From an uncultured Oscillospiraceae bacterium (GTDB lineage: Bacteria; Bacillota; Clostridia; Oscillospirales; Acutalibacteraceae): a DNA stretch of 64,000 nucleotides. This document shows positions 49,925 to 60,356 of the stretch, piece by piece. Positions within the stretch are counted from its first letter, which is position 1, and each line of letters starts with the position of its first letter. The notes beneath the pieces were generated by a model, which did no database searches, had not been told where the DNA came from, and saw only the letters and a list, made by a program, of their open reading frames with translations. Where the stretch lies: the NCBI GenBank assembly GCA_900547095.1, contig URFG01000004.1:16001-80000 (forward strand), written 5' to 3'. A program made the translations under genes and the position numbers.

Positions 49925-50730
49925 AAGCTCTCTCAAGATTTTATGTAGGACTTATTATATTCTTTCTTTACGCACCCGTTACAGTAATGGTGTTTTTCTC
50001 ATTCAATTCGGGCAACAGCGTTTGGGTGTTCGAAAGCTTTTCGCTTCAACCGTATGCAGGCCTTATCTTTAACAGTACAATGCTCTCGGCTTTAGAGCAC
50101 ACTCTGATTATCGCAGTTTTATCGGCAGTTATCTCAACGGTGCTCGGAACTGCCGCGGCAGTAGGAATAACAGCGCTTAGAAAAAAAATATCAAGAAGCT
50201 TTGTTATGACCGTGACAAACATACCTATGATGAACGCGGATATTGTAACAGGCGTTTCGCTTATGCTGTTGTTTGTATTCATAGGCAAGATCATAGGTCT
50301 TTCGGAATCCCTTGGCTTTTTAACGGTGTTAATAGCTCACATAACCTTTAACTTACCTTATGTTATATTATCTGTTATGCCAAGGCTCGCTCAGACGGAT
50401 AGAAACCTTCACGAAGCGGCATTAGACCTCGGCTGCACGCCTCTTCAGGCTTTTTTCAAGGTTATAATTCCCTCTGTTTCAAACGGGATTTTCACAGGCT
50501 TTATAATGGCTTTCACTCTTTCTCTTGACGATTTTGTTATAAGCTATTTCACCTGCGGCCATTATCAGACCTTACCTATAGTAATTTACAATATGACCAA
50601 AAAAACCGTAGGACCTGATGTGTACGCTCTCTCAACGGTTATATTTATAAGCGTCTTTGTTCTGCTCGTGCTTTATAATGCTCTGCAGTCAAAAAGTGAA
50701 ACAAGGAGGAATGCAAATGTCCGCATTTAA
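49921..50730 (+). CDS. potC: Spermidine/putrescine ABC transporter permease
   Basis: EAALDLGCTP EAA motif, 6 TM. Confidence 0.85.
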   Translation: MKALSRFYVGLIIFFLYAPVTVMVFFSFNSGNSVWVFESFSLQPYAGLIFNSTMLSALEHTLIIAVLSAVISTVLGTAAAVGITALRKKISRSFVMTVTNIPMMNADIVTGVSLMLLFVFIGKIIGLSESLGFLTVLIAHITFNLPYVILSVMPRLAQTDRNLHEAALDLGCTPLQAFFKVIIPSVSNGIFTGFIMAFTLSLDDFVISYFTCGHYQTLPIVIYNMTKKTVGPDVYALSTVIFISVFVLLVLYNALQSKSETRRNANVRI

Positions 50731-51826
50731 AAAATTCCTCTCAATATTTATAAGTGTTTCTGTTATTTGCGCTATGCTTTCTTCCTGCGGCTATGATTAT
50801 GCCGAGCTTGATCTTAAAGGCGAGTATACAAAAGAGCTTGCCGGAACAACTCTTAATGTTTATAACTGGGGCGAGTACATTTCCGACGGTTCCGACGGCA
50901 GTATAGACGTAAACCGCGAATTTGAAAAACTCACAGGTATTAAGGTCAATTATTCGACCTTTGAAAGCAACGAAACAATGTATTCCCAGCTTAAAAACGG
51001 CGGAGTATCATATGATATAATTATCCCGTCGGATTATATGATAGAGCGTCTTAAAAATGAAAATATGCTCACAAAATTCAATACAAGCGAGCTTTCAAAT
51101 TATAAGTATATCTCCGATGAATATAAAAATCTTTTCTATGATGAGAATAATGAATACACGGTAACTTATAATGTCGGTATGGTCGGAGTTATTTATAATA
51201 AGGCGCTAATCGGCGAGCCTGAGCATTCCTGGAAAACGCTTTGGGATAAAAAATATCAGGATATGTCGCTTAATTTCAGCAACCCGCGCGACGGCTTTAT
51301 GACAGCCCAGATGATTTTAGGTCAGGACCTCAATACGACAAACAAAGCCGACTGGGATAAAGCGCTAAAGCTTCTCAAAAAAGGCAAGTCCGTTTTGCAG
51401 TCTTATGTTATGGACGAGATTTACGGTAAAATGGAAACCGGCGAAGCCGCTATAGGTCCTTATTACGCAGGCGATTATCTAACAATGTTAGATAATAACG
51501 AAGATCTCGGATTTTTCTATCCGAAAGAGGGCACCAATATCTTTGTAGATGCGGTTTGTATCCCGTCAAGCGTAAAGCACCTAAAAGCCGCTAAAATGTA
51601 TATAAATTTCCTGCTCGAGCCCGAAATTGCTCTTGCAAATGCGGAATATATCGGTTACGCTTCGCCTAACACCGCTGTTGTAGAAAACGAGGATTACTGC
51701 TATTATAAAAATGAAATTCTTTACCCTGAGGATAAGGATAAACCGAAAACGCAGTACTATCACGATATCGATCCTGAAATAAGAAATTATTACGAAAACC
51801 TTTGGATCGATTTAAAACTATACTGA
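50714..51826 (+). CDS. potD: Spermidine/putrescine ABC transporter substrate-binding lipoprotein
   Basis: Lipobox MLSSCG. PotD/PotF family similarity. Start at MQMSAFKK with a GGAGGA RBS. Confidence 0.85.
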   Translation, partial: QMSAFKKFLSIFISVSVICAMLSSCGYDYAELDLKGEYTKELAGTTLNVYNWGEYISDGSDGSIDVNREFEKLTGIKVNYSTFESNETMYSQLKNGGVSYDIIIPSDYMIERLKNENMLTKFNTSELSNYKYISDEYKNLFYDENNEYTVTYNVGMVGVIYNKALIGEPEHSWKTLWDKKYQDMSLNFSNPRDGFMTAQMILGQDLNTTNKADWDKALKLLKKGKSVLQSYVMDEIYGKMETGEAAIGPYYAGDYLTMLDNNEDLGFFYPKEGTNIFVDAVCIPSSVKHLKAAKMYINFLLEPEIALANAEYIGYASPNTAVVENEDYCYYKNEILYPEDKDKPKTQYYHDIDPEIRNYYENLWIDLKLY

Positions 51827-51866
51827 TTAAAAAATGAGTCTGTAGAATTTCTACAGACTCATTTTT
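51822..51866. terminator. Bidirectional terminator between potD and spoIIID
   Basis: AAAAAATGAGTCTGTAGAAATTTCTACAGACTCATTTTTT, a perfect 14-bp stem. Confidence 0.8.
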
Positions 51867-52111
51867 TCTTTTTTATATTTCTTTTTGGTTGCGAGTCCTC
51901 CCCTTATGTGGCGTTCAGACTTGTTTTTTTCAAGCACGGCTTTAACCTGTTTGCAAAGCTCGCTGTCTATGTCATGCAATCTTACCGTAACATCTTTATG
52001 TACCGTGCTTTTGGAAATGCTGAAGACCCTTGCCGCGGCGCGTACAGTGGAGCCGGTATCTATTATATATTCCCCAAGCTCCACCGCGCGTTTATCACTC
52101 AACTCTCTCAT
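51851..52111 (-). CDS. spoIIID: Stage III sporulation protein D (mother-cell transcription factor)
   Basis: 86 aa. VRAAARVFSISKSTVHKDVTVRL...IRGGLATKKKYKK is very similar to B. subtilis SpoIIID (VRVIAKEFGVSKSTVHKDLTERL...LRGGEATKLKYKK). Start at MRELSDK. Confidence 0.85.
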   Translation of the reverse strand: MRELSDKRAVELGEYIIDTGSTVRAAARVFSISKSTVHKDVTVRLHDIDSELCKQVKAVLEKNKSERHIRGGLATKKKYKKEKMSL

Positions 52112-52148
52112 ACAACTCAACTCCATTAAGGACTGTTTAATTGTATGA
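51997..52148. repeat. Direct repeat copy 1 (~152 bp): 5' end of spoIIID (codons 1-38) plus RBS and the CATACAAT -10 element
   Basis: Identical to 56660-56812 except for one extra T in copy 2. The identical ORF-track peptides at 51885/51908 and 56581/56600 reveal the duplication. Confidence 0.9.
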
Positions 52149-52202
52149 AATATTCTTTTTATTTATTACGGTATTTATAACGAACTATCAAAAATAAAAA
52201 AA

Positions 52203-52245
52203 CAAGAATAGACAGCCTTTGGGAATTACAAAGGCTGCTTTCTGT
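52203..52245 (-). terminator. Terminator downstream of the restriction-modification gene
   Basis: CAGCCTTTGTAATTCCCAAAGGCTG hairpin followed by a U-rich tract on the minus strand. Confidence 0.5.
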
Positions 52246-52393
52246 TCTTAGTAATGGCAAAACGTAGCTTTTCTTGATTTGTGCCTTTCATTAAATATCT
52301 TCCTAAAAGGAAATATATCGTAGTAAAAAATTACCTCTAAGAATTAGACAAATTTCTCCACAAATATATTAATATTCAAATATCGGATTACGT

Positions 52394-55177
52394 CTATTTT
52401 GCTTTTGTTAATATTTGATAAATCCTCATAAGTTCTGCAACACAGGTACTTTCTGTCATAGTTTTCACATCAAACCCATATGCCTGCATTACAGCACGAT
52501 CATTCGCTTGGTGCGCCTTACGAAGTTCAGGCGGCATAGCAATCTCGTCATACAAATCTGCCAGAGAACAATCAGGATAAATTGCACGGGCATCAAGAAT
52601 GGCTTGTGCTGTTTTTTTAATTGCTGCCTTTTGCTCTTCTGTGGGTGTAGGCCATGGGAAGTTATTGTAAACAATTTTCGCCGAATACCTGTAATCACTC
52701 TTCAATCGCCCACAAACCGCACGCATCCAAGCCATATGAACATTTGATGTCAATATTCCGAAATAATATAAATCAGCATTTGGAATAGACAAGTTAGCAT
52801 TTCCACAAATAACGTCCTTATTTTCAAAGCCAATTGGGATATATCTGCGGCTTCCACCGGTATGAGCAGGCACCAAAATATAATTATCTAACGATTGCCT
52901 GATTTCCTGAAACAAATACGGTGTTTTTGCGCTCTCCCTTGTCGCAGATTTTTCACTTTTTAATCTAAAATCTCTTACTTTATGTATTCTTTCAAAAATA
53001 AACTTTGAATTCCTCATCTCATTTGGAGAGGCATCAACAAGCCAAAGGCAATATCGTTCTTTTTTATTTATAAACTCTGTTGCTCCCAAAAAAGGTTTTA
53101 TGTACTTTTCTATTTGTGGTTCTTTAGTTAAAACTTCTTGCTTTTCTTCATGAGATAAAAACAAATACCCATTATCTGTAGGTTTGCTACCGTAAACCAT
53201 CGGCAATATATCTTTTTCGATAGGTTTATGTCTACTTTCGATAAAAATATTAGGTGCACTCATTAAATAAGCATTTATATTCTCAACCAATTGCATTCTT
53301 TCGGAAGAATATAACTGTTTTTTTTGTATGTTATTAACGGTGCTAAATCCAACTATTACACAGTAAACATGTGCTTTAACACTTGCCTCACTATCCCAAC
53401 GGAATGTGCGATAAGCAAAATCAATATGAATATTAAATCGATCATACAGAGGTTTCCATACCGCTGCCACCTGTTCGCCTTGTGTAATAGAATTTGTCGA
53501 TACAAATGCAACTTTAATATTTGTGTTTGCAATCATTTGAGCCGCCTTAAAATACCAACCGGATACATAATCAATTTTTCCGGCTGTTTTATAAGGTTTT
53601 TCTTTTTCATCCAAATATATTGAACGAATATCCTGCTTTTGCCATGTTGATTGTAACGAATAGCCCACAAAAGGGGGATTCCCCATAATATAATTGAGTT
53701 TGTCCTTTGGAACAACACTTCCCCAATCTATGCGGAGGGCATTGCCTTCAACAATGTTTGCGTACGACTTAAGCGGTAAAAAGTCAAGATTAGTGTGGGC
53801 TATTATCTCTGTTTCTTTCATCATTTGACTTTCAGCAATCCAAAGGGCGGTTTTTGCAACCGTTACAGCAAAATCATTTATTTCTATTCCATAAAACTGT
53901 CCAATGGAAACCTTAATGATTTCAGTAAAATCCATCAATATTTGACCATGATTTACAATATCAATTGCTTCGTTTTCCAAACGACGCAAAGAAATATAGG
54001 TTTCGGTTAAAAAATTCCCAGAACCGCAAGCAGGATCAAAAAATGTTAGACTGCCAAGTTTTTCACGAAAAGCATTTATCTTTGTTTCCCTCAGTTTTGT
54101 CACCTTGACAGCTCTAATTTCCTCTAATTCTGCACGAAGTTCATCCAGGAATAACGGATCTATCACTTTATGAATATTCTCAATAGAGGTATAGTGCATT
54201 CCACCGCTGCGGCGCGTTTCCGGATTTAATGTGCTTTCAAACACAGCCCCGAATATAGTTGGGCTGATATCGCTCCAATCGAAATCTTCGCTGGCATTAT
54301 GAAGAAGCAGATTTCGAATTTTATCATTCATTTGCGGAATTTCAATGTTTTCATCCGCAAACAATCCACCGTTCACATAAGGGAAACCGCTGAGTTGCTC
54401 ATCCTCATACGGGTCCCTATCCTCCGGTTTTGTATCAAGAATTTTGAACAATTCAATAAGTGCCTTACGCATATCACGTGAGGAAAAAGAATTAATGTAA
54501 TTATGAAACTTAGAGTGACCTCCGAATATGCCGGCATCTTCAGCGTAAAGGCAAAATACGATACGGACAATTAATTTATTAAGGCTTTTCAGCGAATTTT
54601 CATTTCCCGGGTCGTGATACTGTTTCAGAATTTCATCATATAGGATTCCTACCAAATTACCTGCTTGAATAGATACTTCCATTTCACGTCGGATATTTTC
54701 ATCGTCTGCATCAACAAGGAACATCAGCCGATAATATTCCTTTGCAAGATCCTTCAGAAAAATTTGTTCCGGTTCCCCATTTGGCTTTTCCATATCATAA
54801 ACCAAGAATTCCTCAAAATTACAAGTGATAATCCAACGAGGTCGTTGTGAATACGGTAAAACGGCAGAATAGCGTTGCGCTTGCTGAAACGGTGTAAGCA
54901 ATGTCCCGTCTGACTGTTTGATTGGTTTTTTCAGGTCTTTTCCTTTGCCTTTTTGCTCAATCAAAACGTGAGTGGACGGTATTATTCCATCAATAAAGCT
55001 TGTATGATCAAGACGCACCTGTTCCTCAAATGTTATGAATTGTTCCGGTGATTCCACTCCCAGTACATCACGAAGAAGGGAAAGCCAAAACGGTTGGCTT
55101 TCGCCCTTTTCATATCCTCTTTCTTTCCAATACTCAGAAAAATTTTTTGCTGCGGCGCGGCGTTCTGTATCTTTCAT
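52394..55177 (-). CDS. MmeI-family Type IIL (IIG) restriction-modification enzyme: endonuclease, gamma-class N6-adenine methyltransferase and target-recognition domain in one polypeptide
   Basis: 927 aa. N-terminal region aligns with the MmeI endonuclease domain (W.ERGY....QPFW..LL..V.GV......FE..V...H..FIDGIIPSTHVLIEQKGKGKDL...QA..Y...CNFEEF). Methyltransferase motif I is FFDPACGSGNFL and motif IV is NPPF (MGNPPFVGYS). Length matches MmeI (919 aa). Confidence 0.85.
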   Translation of the reverse strand: MKDTERRAAAKNFSEYWKERGYEKGESQPFWLSLLRDVLGVESPEQFITFEEQVRLDHTSFIDGIIPSTHVLIEQKGKGKDLKKPIKQSDGTLLTPFQQAQRYSAVLPYSQRPRWIITCNFEEFLVYDMEKPNGEPEQIFLKDLAKEYYRLMFLVDADDENIRREMEVSIQAGNLVGILYDEILKQYHDPGNENSLKSLNKLIVRIVFCLYAEDAGIFGGHSKFHNYINSFSSRDMRKALIELFKILDTKPEDRDPYEDEQLSGFPYVNGGLFADENIEIPQMNDKIRNLLLHNASEDFDWSDISPTIFGAVFESTLNPETRRSGGMHYTSIENIHKVIDPLFLDELRAELEEIRAVKVTKLRETKINAFREKLGSLTFFDPACGSGNFLTETYISLRRLENEAIDIVNHGQILMDFTEIIKVSIGQFYGIEINDFAVTVAKTALWIAESQMMKETEIIAHTNLDFLPLKSYANIVEGNALRIDWGSVVPKDKLNYIMGNPPFVGYSLQSTWQKQDIRSIYLDEKEKPYKTAGKIDYVSGWYFKAAQMIANTNIKVAFVSTNSITQGEQVAAVWKPLYDRFNIHIDFAYRTFRWDSEASVKAHVYCVIVGFSTVNNIQKKQLYSSERMQLVENINAYLMSAPNIFIESRHKPIEKDILPMVYGSKPTDNGYLFLSHEEKQEVLTKEPQIEKYIKPFLGATEFINKKERYCLWLVDASPNEMRNSKFIFERIHKVRDFRLKSEKSATRESAKTPYLFQEIRQSLDNYILVPAHTGGSRRYIPIGFENKDVICGNANLSIPNADLYYFGILTSNVHMAWMRAVCGRLKSDYRYSAKIVYNNFPWPTPTEEQKAAIKKTAQAILDARAIYPDCSLADLYDEIAMPPELRKAHQANDRAVMQAYGFDVKTMTESTCVAELMRIYQILTKAK

Positions 55178-55189
55178 AAAATTACTCCT

Positions 55190-56419
55190 TTATATCATCC
55201 AAATCGGGACAATGAGGTTTTCTCTGTCGAAGGCAGAGAGGCGGTCGCTCATGCAGAGCACGGCGGAGGTGCCGAGCACCAAGGGCGATTTATCGATAAG
55301 GCTGAAAGTCTTGGTAATCCGCTTATCGGGGGTGGCTGTTTTTTTAATTTCAAGCGGACACAGTTTACCGTCGCCCTCAATAATTACATCGATCTCTCTT
55401 GCATCTCGGTCGCGGTAATAATTGAGGTACGGTTCTTTTCCGGCATTCTGATAGCTTTTCATAATCTCAGAAACCGTAAAGTTTTCAAGCAGTGCGCCGC
55501 TCATGGCACCGCTTTCGGCAACCTCGGGCGACGACCATTTTGTAAGATAGCAAACAAGACCCGTATCATAAAAATACAGCTTCGGAGTTTTAATGGTCCT
55601 TTTCAGCACATTGTTGGAATACGGGTGCAGCAGAAAAATAATCCCCAAAGTTTCAAGAATTTGCAGCCAGGCTTTTGCGGTAACCTGATCGATATCCGCG
55701 TCATCGGCAATCGCTTTATAATTCACAAGCTGGGAGGCACGGGCGGCTACCGCCGTGATGAATTTTGCAAATTTTAAAGCGTCTATCGCGCCCGAAAGCT
55801 CACGGACATCACGCTCAATATAGGTGGAAAGATAAGAGGAATAATACATATTTCGGTCGGTGTACGCTCCGCTGAGCACCCCCGGCATACAGCCGTTCCA
55901 TATACGCTCATACATTTCGGGTGTGGTGAGCGGTTTTATAATTTTACTGTCCGCCGCCAGCGCCTCAAAATCGGTGGTAAATGGGAGTGGCTGTGCGCCG
56001 ACAATTTCCCTTTGAGAAAGCGGCGACATATGCAAAAGGGCAACTCTGCCGGCGAGTGACTCCTGAACACCTTTCATTAAGCTGAAAACCTGCGAACCGG
56101 TCAGCCAAAAATCGCCGGGATTATGATAGGTATCTACATGGATTTTGATATAGGTAAACAGCTCCGGCGCATACTGAACCTCATCAATAATAATCGGCGG
56201 TTTATGAAGCTGCAAAAACATTTTCGGATCGTTTTTTGCCATTTCTCTGACGGTTAAATCGTCAAGCGAAATATATTCCCGCCCGATATTTTCTTTCTCG
56301 GCAAGGTTTTTTAGCATCGTCGTTTTACCGGACTGACGCGGACCGGTAAGCAAAATTGCTGACCAAGTCTTTGACAGTTTGTTGATACGCTGTTCCATAT
56401 GTCGATTAATATAGGCCAT
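55190..56419 (-). CDS. AAA+ ATPase with DUF4143-type C-terminal domain (COG1373 family)
   Basis: Walker A GPRQSGKTT, Walker B IIIDEVQ. C-terminal region resembles DUF4143 (which has a PD-D/ExK-like fold). Start set at MAYINRH (ATG 56419). The ORF-track 50-aa N-extension is rejected. 12 bp upstream of and co-oriented with the MmeI-like gene. Confidence 0.75.
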   Translation of the reverse strand: MAYINRHMEQRINKLSKTWSAILLTGPRQSGKTTMLKNLAEKENIGREYISLDDLTVREMAKNDPKMFLQLHKPPIIIDEVQYAPELFTYIKIHVDTYHNPGDFWLTGSQVFSLMKGVQESLAGRVALLHMSPLSQREIVGAQPLPFTTDFEALAADSKIIKPLTTPEMYERIWNGCMPGVLSGAYTDRNMYYSSYLSTYIERDVRELSGAIDALKFAKFITAVAARASQLVNYKAIADDADIDQVTAKAWLQILETLGIIFLLHPYSNNVLKRTIKTPKLYFYDTGLVCYLTKWSSPEVAESGAMSGALLENFTVSEIMKSYQNAGKEPYLNYYRDRDAREIDVIIEGDGKLCPLEIKKTATPDKRITKTFSLIDKSPLVLGTSAVLCMSDRLSAFDRENLIVPIWMI

Positions 56420-56659
56420 AATACACCTCGGCTGAGTATAATTTTTTTCATGATTATTATACTTTATTATGCCCGCAAAGTCAACGAAAACTTCGGCTAA
56501 AATGTGAAACAATCCTATTTTAGCCGAGATTTTGCCGTTACACTTCCTAATAGAACAAAAAATCAGCACGGCGTGAAACCGTGCTGAAAGCGTTTATTTA
56601 TGCGGTTTTGCGGTGGTTATGCTACCAGCCATACAAACCGTTCCCGATTGTTACTGCCG

Positions 56660-56812
56660 TATGTACCGTGCTTTTTGGAAATGCTGAAGACCCTTGCCGC
56701 GGCGCGTACAGTGGAGCCGGTATCTATTATATATTCCCCAAGCTCCACCGCGCGTTTATCACTCAACTCTCTCATACAACTCAACTCCATTAAGGACTGT
56801 TTAATTGTATGA
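56660..56812 (-). pseudogene. spoIIID: Truncated, frameshifted 5' copy of spoIIID (first ~38 codons) retaining the native sigma-E-type promoter
   Basis: Repeat copy 2. A 1-nt insertion (extra T) disrupts the frame. Downstream sequence diverges from the intact gene and a stop is reached after a few novel codons. Confidence 0.8.
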
Positions 56813-56831
56813 CAAAATCAAGTGAAATATG
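56804..56831 (-). promoter_or_regulatory. Sigma-E-type promoter: -35 CATATT / 14 nt / -10 CATACAAT
   Basis: Matches the B. subtilis sigma-E consensus (ATATT - 14 - CATACAmT). The -10 lies inside the repeat and the -35 just outside it, on the copy-2 side only. Confidence 0.6.
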
Positions 56832-56921
56832 CGGAAAGAGAATACAATCGGGTCAATTCCATAATATGGCAGTGTCGTTCCATGATTGTATCATCTATAT
56901 GGATTTAAAAAATAAAATATC

Positions 56922-57428
56922 TCAGCTTTTTTTATCGCAGTTTTTATTATTTTCTGACATCTGCTTTTCTAACATAGATTGTTTTGCAAGAATGACGTTT
57001 ATCTTATCATAAAGATCTTCAATCATAATTTCGGTTTTTAAATTGACTTTGTAATCATTTTCTGCTCTTCGGCGATCTTTTTCCTCCTGACGATTCTGGC
57101 TCATCATAATCAGCGGTGCCTGAATAGCAGCCACGCATGACAGCACCAGATTCAACAAAATAAAAGGATATGGGTCAAATGCTTTAGATGCAAGTATAAC
57201 ATTAACAATCATCCAAAAAATAAGCATGCCGGTGAATGAGAAGATAAAAGCCCAACTTCCGGCAAATTTTGCAATAGAATCCGCGGCACGCTGACCGAGG
57301 GTATATTTTTCATTTTCGGGTCTTGTTGAAATTTTGCTGTCTGCCAACAGATTGAGCACTTCCTCATCTGTCATATCATGACGAATATCTTTGAGAACTT
57401 CTTTTAACAGTTTCCTGTTTTCTTTCAT
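56922..57428 (-). CDS. DUF1003-family membrane protein
   Basis: 168 aa. GSWAFIF...FDPYPFILLNL...APLIMMSQNRQEEKDRRRAENDYKVNLKTE match DUF1003. Confidence 0.6.
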   Translation of the reverse strand: MKENRKLLKEVLKDIRHDMTDEEVLNLLADSKISTRPENEKYTLGQRAADSIAKFAGSWAFIFSFTGMLIFWMIVNVILASKAFDPYPFILLNLVLSCVAAIQAPLIMMSQNRQEEKDRRRAENDYKVNLKTEIMIEDLYDKINVILAKQSMLEKQMSENNKNCDKKS

Positions 57429-57481
57429 ATGAATTATTCTCCTTTATTTGATTTTAACCTGTGGGATAGATTCAATCTGTA

Positions 57482-60337
57482 TTACTTTTTATTATTTTTA
57501 CTTAATAGCGGCTTTAAGAATTTTCCGGTGTAAGATTCTTCGCATGCTGCCACCTTTTCGGGTGTGCCGGAGCATACCACAGTGCCGCCTTTATCGCCGC
57601 CCTCAGGACCGAGGTCGATAATATAATCTGCGGTTTTTATCACTTCGAGATTATGCTCTATAACGATTATACTGTTGCCCGCGTCTACAAGCCTTTGCAA
57701 AACCTCGATAAGCTTGTGAACATCGGCGGTGTGAAGACCGGTTGTCGGTTCGTCGAGAATATATACGGTTTTGCCTGTAGATTTTTTCGAAAGTTCCGTT
57801 GCGAGTTTTACTCTCTGCGCCTCGCCGCCGGATAGAGTTGTCGCAGGCTGACCTATCTTGATATAGCCGAGACCGACATCAAAAAGAGTTTTAAGCTTTC
57901 TGTATATCCTATTATGATTTTCAAAAAAGTACATTCCCTCTTCGACCGTCATTTCAAGCACATCGTAAATGCTTTTATCCTTATACTTTACCGACAAAAC
58001 TTCCCTGCTGTAACGAGTGCCTCCGCACACCTCGCACGGAACATAAATATCGGGGAGAAAATGCATTTCTATTTTAATTATACCGTCGCCCTGGCATGCC
58101 TCACATCTTCCGCCTTTAACATTGAAGGAAAACTTGCCTGCATTAAACCCTTTTGCCTTTGCTTCTTTTGTGTTTGCAAAAAGATCTCTTATATCGGTAA
58201 ATACGCCGGTATAAGTGGCGGGATTGCTTCGTGGCGTTCTGCCTATCGGCGACTGATCGATATTAATGACTTTATCGAGATTTTCTATTCCCTCGATTTC
58301 TTTGAACATACCCGGGAAAGTTTTTGCCCGATTTAATTTATTTGCAAGCTCTTTATAAAGAATATCGTTTACAAGCGAGGATTTTCCGCTACCGGAAACA
58401 CCTGTCACGCAAACGAACTCACCCAAAGGAATTTTAACCGAAATATTTTTAAGGTTATTTTCTTTAGCTCCTTTTATTTTTAAGAAAAGTCCGTTTCCCT
58501 TTCTGCGCTCTGCAGGGACAGGTATTTTCTTTCTGCCTGTAAGATAATCGGAAGTTATGGACTGAGTGCAGCTTTCAAGTTCTTCAGGCGTTCCCGTAAA
58601 GACTACATTTCCGCCGTGAATACCCGCACCCGGGCCGATATCCACAATATAGTCGGCGGCGCGCATGGTATCCTCGTCGTGCTCGACTACGACCAAAGTA
58701 TTGCCGATATCTCTTAATTTTTTAAGAGTTTCAAGCAGTCTTTCGTTATCTCTTTGGTGAAGACCGATACTCGGCTCATCGAGGATATACAGCACACCGA
58801 CAAGCGAAGAACCTATCTGTGTTGCAAGTCTTATTCTCTGCGATTCTCCGCCCGACAAAGTACCTGAAGACCTCGAAAGAGAAAGATATTCAAGACCTAC
58901 GCTTTTTAAGAAAGAAAGCCTTTCTTTTACTTCCTTTAAGATAGGTTTTGCAATCATTTCGTCGCTTCCCGAAAATTCAAGACCTGAAATAAAATCAAGC
59001 TCATCATTCACAGAAAGATCGCAAAATTCTTTGATATTCTTTCCTCCGACGGTCACCGCAAGAAATTCAGGCTTTAATCTTGCCCCTTTGCAGTCGGGGC
59101 AAACGCACTCGGTCATATAGCTTTCAAGCTCGCTTCTTGCATAATCGCTTTGGGTTGTTTTATACCTGCGCTCAAGGTTATTTACCACTCCTTCAAAAGG
59201 AGCTTCATAATTCCCTCCGCCCCATTCAGCAGACCTTTTGAGCTTAAGCTTTTTATCTCCTGTTCCGTAAAGTACGGCGTTTTGCGCCGCTTTCGGAATA
59301 TCTTTCCAGGGAGTATTGATATCAAAATCATAATAATCGGCGATTCCCTGATAATACATAGTTGCTATTGCCCCGGCATCGGGGTGAAACCAACTGTTTA
59401 CTCCCCAGCCGGAAGCTTTTATACAACCGTCGGTAAGAGATTTGTTTTCATCATTAATTATGATCCTCGGATCGATCTTCATAAAGCTGCCGATACCTGT
59501 GCAGGTAGGGCAGGCGCCGGTGGGATTATTGAAAGAAAACATTGCGGGAGTAAGCTCGGGAATACTTATACCGTGCTCCTCGCAGGCATAAGTCTGCGAA
59601 AATTGCAGTTCTTCTCCCCCTATTATATCCGCGCTGACAAGGCCGCCGGAAAGTGAAAGAGCAGTCGATACCGAATCTGTCAGTCTTGAAGAGATTTCAG
59701 GCTTAATAACAAGCCTGTCCACAACAGCCTCTATAGTGTGCTTTTTATTTTTTTCAAGCTTAATTTCCTCTGAAAGGTCGAAGATATTTCCGTCAATTCT
59801 CACTCTGACATAGCCTGATTTGCGCAATCCGTCAAGCTCTTTTATATGCTCGCCTTTTCTCGATCTTATAACGGGTGATAATATCTGAATTTTGGTCCCC
59901 TGATCAAGCTTCATAAGCGAATCGACTATCTGATCGGTAGTCTGCTGGCTTATTACCTTTCCGCACACCGGGCAATGGGGAGTTCCCACTCTTGCAAACA
60001 AAAGCCTTAAGTAATCGTATATTTCGGTTACGGTTCCGACAGTGGATCGGGGGTTTTTGGAGGTCGTTTTCTGGTCAATGGAAATTGCGGGCGAAAGTCC
60101 CTCAATAGAATCGACATCCGGCTTTTCCATTTGGCCTAAAAACTGCCTCGCATAGCTTGAAAGCGATTCGACATATCTTCTCTGCCCTTCCGCATAAACG
60201 GTATCAAAAGCAAGCGAAGATTTTCCGCTTCCCGAAAGACCTGTAAAAACCACAAGCTTATCCCGCGGAAATGTAACGTCGATATTTTTGAGATTATGCT
60301 CTCTTGCACCTTTAATAATAATTTTATCGTTAGCCAA
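57482..60337 (-). CDS. uvrA: Excinuclease ABC subunit A
   Basis: 951 aa. Two ABC ATPase modules ([10 protein letters not shown]; [10 protein letters not shown]), zinc-finger CxxC pairs, N-terminal [21 protein letters not shown]. Confidence 0.95.
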   Translation of the reverse strand: MANDKIIIKGAREHNLKNIDVTFPRDKLVVFTGLSGSGKSSLAFDTVYAEGQRRYVESLSSYARQFLGQMEKPDVDSIEGLSPAISIDQKTTSKNPRSTVGTVTEIYDYLRLLFARVGTPHCPVCGKVISQQTTDQIVDSLMKLDQGTKIQILSPVIRSRKGEHIKELDGLRKSGYVRVRIDGNIFDLSEEIKLEKNKKHTIEAVVDRLVIKPEISSRLTDSVSTALSLSGGLVSADIIGGEELQFSQTYACEEHGISIPELTPAMFSFNNPTGACPTCTGIGSFMKIDPRIIINDENKSLTDGCIKASGWGVNSWFHPDAGAIATMYYQGIADYYDFDINTPWKDIPKAAQNAVLYGTGDKKLKLKRSAEWGGGNYEAPFEGVVNNLERRYKTTQSDYARSELESYMTECVCPDCKGARLKPEFLAVTVGGKNIKEFCDLSVNDELDFISGLEFSGSDEMIAKPILKEVKERLSFLKSVGLEYLSLSRSSGTLSGGESQRIRLATQIGSSLVGVLYILDEPSIGLHQRDNERLLETLKKLRDIGNTLVVVEHDEDTMRAADYIVDIGPGAGIHGGNVVFTGTPEELESCTQSITSDYLTGRKKIPVPAERRKGNGLFLKIKGAKENNLKNISVKIPLGEFVCVTGVSGSGKSSLVNDILYKELANKLNRAKTFPGMFKEIEGIENLDKVINIDQSPIGRTPRSNPATYTGVFTDIRDLFANTKEAKAKGFNAGKFSFNVKGGRCEACQGDGIIKIEMHFLPDIYVPCEVCGGTRYSREVLSVKYKDKSIYDVLEMTVEEGMYFFENHNRIYRKLKTLFDVGLGYIKIGQPATTLSGGEAQRVKLATELSKKSTGKTVYILDEPTTGLHTADVHKLIEVLQRLVDAGNSIIVIEHNLEVIKTADYIIDLGPEGGDKGGTVVCSGTPEKVAACEESYTGKFLKPLLSKNNKK

Positions 60338-60356
60338 AACCTTTTACACCCTCGTT

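Noticed and set aside
55094-55777. 227-aa plus-strand ORF antisense to the DUF4143 ATPase
   Set aside because: Antisense within a GC-rich gene with clear Walker motifs on the other strand.
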